The position numbers and the translations under genes were made by a program. Positions 49,899 through 51,570 of a stretch of DNA of 51,570 nucleotides are shown piece after piece; the stretch's first letter is position 1, and the number at the start of each line of letters is the position of its first letter. The notes under the pieces are model-generated. The model had not been told where the DNA came from. It searched no databases and worked only from the letters and a program-made list of their open reading frames with translations. Origin of the DNA: Chrysochromulina tobinii (lineage: Eukaryota); the NCBI GenBank assembly GCA_001275005.1, contig JWZX01002769.1:1-51570 (forward strand), given 5' to 3'.

Positions 49899-51448
49899 TC
49901 AAAATGGTCTGTAGAAATAGCGACCGCCCTCACCTCCATCGAAGCAGTCCTTCATCGAGTGGCAGGAGCTCAGATTGGCTCGCGGGCTGCGGTCGAGGTG
50001 TTCAAGCGTGCCGCAGGGCAACTCCTCGCAGTACCGATTGTCCTCGCGCCGCCGGTGAAGCAGCCCATACACGCGCGGCACGGTGCGGTTGTGCGGCTCG
50101 ACCCACAGGCGTGGCACGCCCGCGGCGGTCCGTGTGGCATGCAGCCGATAGCGCAACGGCAGCAGGGCGTAGCCGAGGTTCCAGCGCCATTGCCGCTGTA
50201 GCGGCGCCTCGCACTCGCGCGGCGTATCCACCTGATGAGAAAAGGAAATCAGCGTGCAATCAGAATGTAATCAGAATGCAATCAGAATGCAATCAGAATG
50301 CAATCAAGAATGCAATCAGCGCCGCGCCGGCCACGCTCGCACTCGCACTGGCGCGGCGTCACCACCTTGCGCCGATGGCTCTGCTTGGGGCTCGGCTCGC
50401 AGGTACGGTGTGGGTGGAGGCACGAGGTGTGGAGGCGTGCGCCCACACGGCTCGAAGGCGGGTGGAATTTAGGCCACGGCAGGTGCAGCAGCGTGCTGAT
50501 GGCCGTCGAGACGCGCGGCTGATGTGGTGGCGAGCGCTGAGACTGTCGCCTGTGCTGTGGCAGCGGCTGCTGCGACGGTGGCGGCTGCTCCTGCCGCTGC
50601 TGCTGCGGCGGCGGCGGCGGCTCCTGCTGCGGCTGCTCCGGCTGCTGCTCTGGTGGCCAGCTCCCAGGCACCAGTGGCCGCGTCTCGAGGCATCGCGCCA
50701 CAAAGTATCCATGCTGCCCATCGCATGAGCCCGCGTACGTCCAGTTCGACGGGTCGAAGCCCAAGATGTACTGCCGAGGCAAATCACACGCTGCTGCATG
50801 CTGTGCAAGCGCGCGTGAGCGAATGTCGAGGCCGCCGCTTGCGAACGGCGCGAGCAGCGGCCAGCCGCCGACTGCTCGCTCGGCTTGTCGCGCACAGCTG
50901 GCCGGCGCAGGCGAGCTCAGGTGGTCGTCGATGTCGCCGCACCACTTGGCGCGCCCGTCGCTGTGGAAGATCGCCCACCCAAAGTGGCCGTACCACAGCC
51001 ACGGACTATGTGTGCGCGCACCGTCACGCTCACGCTCACGCCGAGCAAGCCGATGCGCGCCCATGAGCTCGGCGAGCACGCGTGAGTCGTGGATGATTGA
51101 GTCGTCCTCAATCTTGCCAATGAAGCGTGCATTTGGGAAGATTTGCAACGCTTGCCGGAACCACTCGGCCGTTTTACAAAAGCACGAGAATTGAAAGCCC
51201 ATGCGCAACTTGTCGCGATTCGCAGCTGTCGCGTTCTCGTAGAAGAAGTCGGTGCACGCCACCACCAGGAATCGTGGGTCAGCCGCGTGCTCCTGCCGAG
51301 TGGTCACATACCGCCACTCGATGCCCTGTGGCCGCGCGCTGCGCCGACGAAAGGGCGGGATCCATTTGGTGACGACCACGCCGAGCGCGAGCCATAATGT
51401 GTGGCTCGTAGCACGCGATGTGGATACGCCATCGGACGCGCTGTGCAT
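49899..51448 (-). CDS. GT31 (galactosyltransferase)-like protein; exons 51448-50366 and 50231-49899 (5' end uncertain)
   Basis: KTAEWFRQA...FIGKIEDDS (DxD-type) and PFASGGL; the two ORFs join in frame (HRRK|VDTPRECE). Confidence 0.55.
50232..50365 (-). other. Predicted 134-nt GT-AG intron of the exon-duplication type with (CTGATTGCATT)n
   Basis: The intron start matches the downstream exon start at 21/24; about 6 CTGATTGCA-type units; acceptor TTTTCTCATCAG; phase 0. Confidence 0.8.
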
Positions 51449-51570
51449 TTGCAAAAGTGCTCGGTAGGACGCGCGCGCTCGTCCGTCCGAAGGAAATGCT
51501 TAATACAAGCTTAGGCGAATCGAATGCGGCCCGCTCGGCCGCTTAGTCGGATCGAATGCTCGGCCGTGAC

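Overview
GC-rich, gene-dense eukaryotic nuclear DNA with about 23 protein-coding genes, several head-to-head pairs and few, short spliceosomal introns. KAP3, bipartite-looking N-termini and a GC-AG intron point to a flagellated alga, probably a haptophyte (inference). Recognisable genes: fungal-type GPAT, a lycopene-elongase-like UbiA prenyltransferase, a CbiX-like chelatase, a sulfotransferase with Cys-rich repeats, a Tudor-AlkB fusion, a DUF4602/Faf1-like protein, an ARM protein, glyoxalase I, a HERC-type E3 ligase, a PPR protein, an RsuA/RluB pseudouridine synthase, HYPK, an alpha/beta hydrolase, KAP3, a GNAT, a GxGYxYP protein, a PRMT-like methyltransferase and a GT31-like protein. The main non-obvious signal is an apparent intron-generating insertion system. 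Five of my ten predicted intron loci begin with an 11-36 nt copy of the downstream exon, which supplies the GT/GC donor, followed by tandem CTGAT-containing micro-repeats and a shared CTCATCAG or CCCCACAG acceptor. One locus has two such introns back to back with no exon between them. Intergenic DNA shows related signatures: (TCAAG)n arrays with flanking direct repeats (one with an internal inversion) and a SINE-like element inserted at TACCGGTA palindromes with 10-15 bp target-site duplications. All splice models and homology calls are by eye and need RNA-seq and database confirmation.
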